From an uncultured Melioribacter sp. (GTDB taxonomy: Bacteria; Bacteroidota; Ignavibacteria; Kapaibacteriales; Kapaibacteriaceae), in assembly GCA_964465685.1 (NCBI GenBank), contig CAYXKK010000001.1, forward strand, positions 229,997-293,996: a DNA stretch of 64,000 bases, written 5' to 3'. Shown here piece by piece: positions 63,051 through 64,000 of this stretch (within the stretch, counting starts at the first letter, position 1; every line of letters begins with the position of its first letter). Position numbers and translations under genes: made by a program. The notes beneath the pieces are model-generated. The model saw nothing but the letters and a program-made list of their open reading frames with translations. It made no database searches and was not told where the DNA came from.

Positions 63051-63434
63051 TTACTTCGGCTGTTCCGCTGGCTGCGCTGGTTGCGCTTGCTGTGCAGGTT
63101 GCGCTTGCTGTGCTGGCTGCGCAACGGGCTGCTGTGGTGGGAGCGACATTTGTGGGATCTCCGCGCCCTGCGTTACAGGAACAGGTCCGCCACCATTATC
63201 AGAGGCAAGAAAGAACTTGTTCACGACAACTGCAATCAGGACGAGACTGCCGAGCAGAACCATCGTTGCGTTTTGCAACACGTTGCGCGATTGACGCACA
63301 CCTAGGAGGTTCGTCATCTGTCCGCCAAGGCCACCCATGCCGGAGATCATGTCTGCCTTGCCTGGCTGGACCATCACAACAAGGATGAGAAGAATTGCTG
63401 CGATCAGAGCGATCGAAATGAGGAGGATTTCCAT
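63051..63434 (-). CDS. secG: Preprotein translocase subunit SecG with C-terminal Q/P/A-rich repeat tail
   Basis: MEILLISIALIAAILLILVVMVQPGKADMISGMGG... is the canonical SecG sequence. The tail is QQPVAQPAQQAQPAQQAQPAQPAEQPK. Confidence 0.85.
   Translation of the reverse strand: MEILLISIALIAAILLILVVMVQPGKADMISGMGGLGGQMTNLLGVRQSRNVLQNATMVLLGSLVLIAVVVNKFFLASDNGGGPVPVTQGAEIPQMSLPPQQPVAQPAQQAQPAQQAQPAQPAEQPK
63057..63135. repeat. Imperfect tandem repeat (GCTGG/TTGCGC... units) encoding the QPAQQA repeat tail of SecG
   Basis: The + strand reads ggctgttccgctggctgcgctggttgcgcttgctgtgcaggttgcgcttgctgtgctggctgcgcaac, about 12-15 nt units repeated around 5 times. Confidence 0.7.
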
Positions 63435-63484
63435 ACGTGTGCTGAGTGGTAAGAAAGAGCGACAAATATACGGCGATTATGGGG

Positions 63485-63973
63485 TTATGGGCAACGATAC
63501 CCAACGCAAAGGGGCTTTCGGAACGACATTCCGTTCTCGCCGAACCATACCAGGAAGGTGTCGTACCGTTGTTCGTTTTTCCGGAAGAAGCGGTTCATTT
63601 CTACCTTATCCCCATATGCATAAAGCCACCAGAGGTAATCCTTGAGCTTCCCCTGCCGCTGAAGTTCGATATTCCAGGTTAACAGGTCATTGCGATGGGT
63701 AGTGTCAAGTCCGCCCTTTGCCCATGCCCGCGTGAAGGCATATCGGAGGTCAATCATCTGCTCAATCGTCAGACGTCGTGTGACGGTATCCTTCGGCGTG
63801 ACGACGCTGGCAGCAAGTGCCATTGTGTACTCGAAGGACACAGGGAATGACATCACATTCGGACCCCGAGGATCGGGTTGCTCTAGCACCTCATCGGAGC
63901 AGAAATTGATGGGGTCGTTCGGATCACCAACCTTGAGGGCTTTGTTCCACAGTTCGAAACACAATTGCGACAT
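63485..63973 (-). CDS. Hypothetical protein (possibly 5'-truncated by the window edge)
   Basis: 162-aa ORF with good coding look, Trp/Tyr-rich. No domain recognised. Confidence 0.4.
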   Translation of the reverse strand: MSQLCFELWNKALKVGDPNDPINFCSDEVLEQPDPRGPNVMSFPVSFEYTMALAASVVTPKDTVTRRLTIEQMIDLRYAFTRAWAKGGLDTTHRNDLLTWNIELQRQGKLKDYLWWLYAYGDKVEMNRFFRKNEQRYDTFLVWFGENGMSFRKPLCVGYRCP

Positions 63974-64000
63974 CTCGGCAGTTCGCTGGGTGTTACGTTC

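Noticed and set aside
63057-63135. Possible CRISPR-like or regulatory tandem repeat
   Set aside because: The repeat units are about 12-15 nt, imperfect and in frame within secG, encoding a QPAQQA tail. There are no spacers and no cas genes.

Overview
This window is mostly dense chromosomal backbone from a bacterium of the T9SS-bearing Bacteroidota/FCB group (Bacteroidota-, Rhodothermota- or Ignavibacteriota-like). Evidence for that placement is a T9SS-type C-terminal sorting domain, a PorE-like beta-propeller/OmpA protein, ECF sigma/anti-sigma pairs and weak Shine-Dalgarno usage. I cannot assign a genus. Coding density is very high, and there are many 1-bp and 4-bp stop/start overlaps (ATGA and TGATG junctions). 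Clearly recognisable housekeeping genes are purB, a di-haem cytochrome c peroxidase, tsaB, mfd, prmA, kdsC, sucC, a ferredoxin-NADP reductase, uvrA, rpmB, a methylmalonyl-CoA mutase, a Ppx/GppA-family phosphatase, an actinobacterial-style E2-E1 fused 2-oxoglutarate dehydrogenase, pgeF, comEC, recA-recX, tRNA-Gly(CCC), tmRNA (ssrA), ispH, cmk, phnC-phnE with phnD about 29 kb away, cfa, dnaE, a NupC-type transporter, an ECF sigma/anti-sigma pair, a MATE efflux pump, a GT2 glycosyltransferase, a YdiJ-like FAD/Fe-S oxidoreductase, an MCC-beta-type carboxyltransferase and secG. Less ordinary content is listed in the findings. It includes a 5' operon of three overlapping genes for glycine-rich repeat secreted proteins, a cytochrome-c/FG-GAP protein coupled to purB, and a HicB-like small protein followed by a membrane protein and a CPBP (CAAX) protease, which is the best candidate for an undescribed module. 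It also includes RecX fused in frame to a PorE-like periplasmic beta-propeller/OmpA protein, a uvrA/UPF0104-membrane/FNR coupled trio, a T9SS-CTD zinc metalloprotease, and a SecG with a Q/P/A repeat tail. I found no CRISPR array, integrase, transposase or rRNA.
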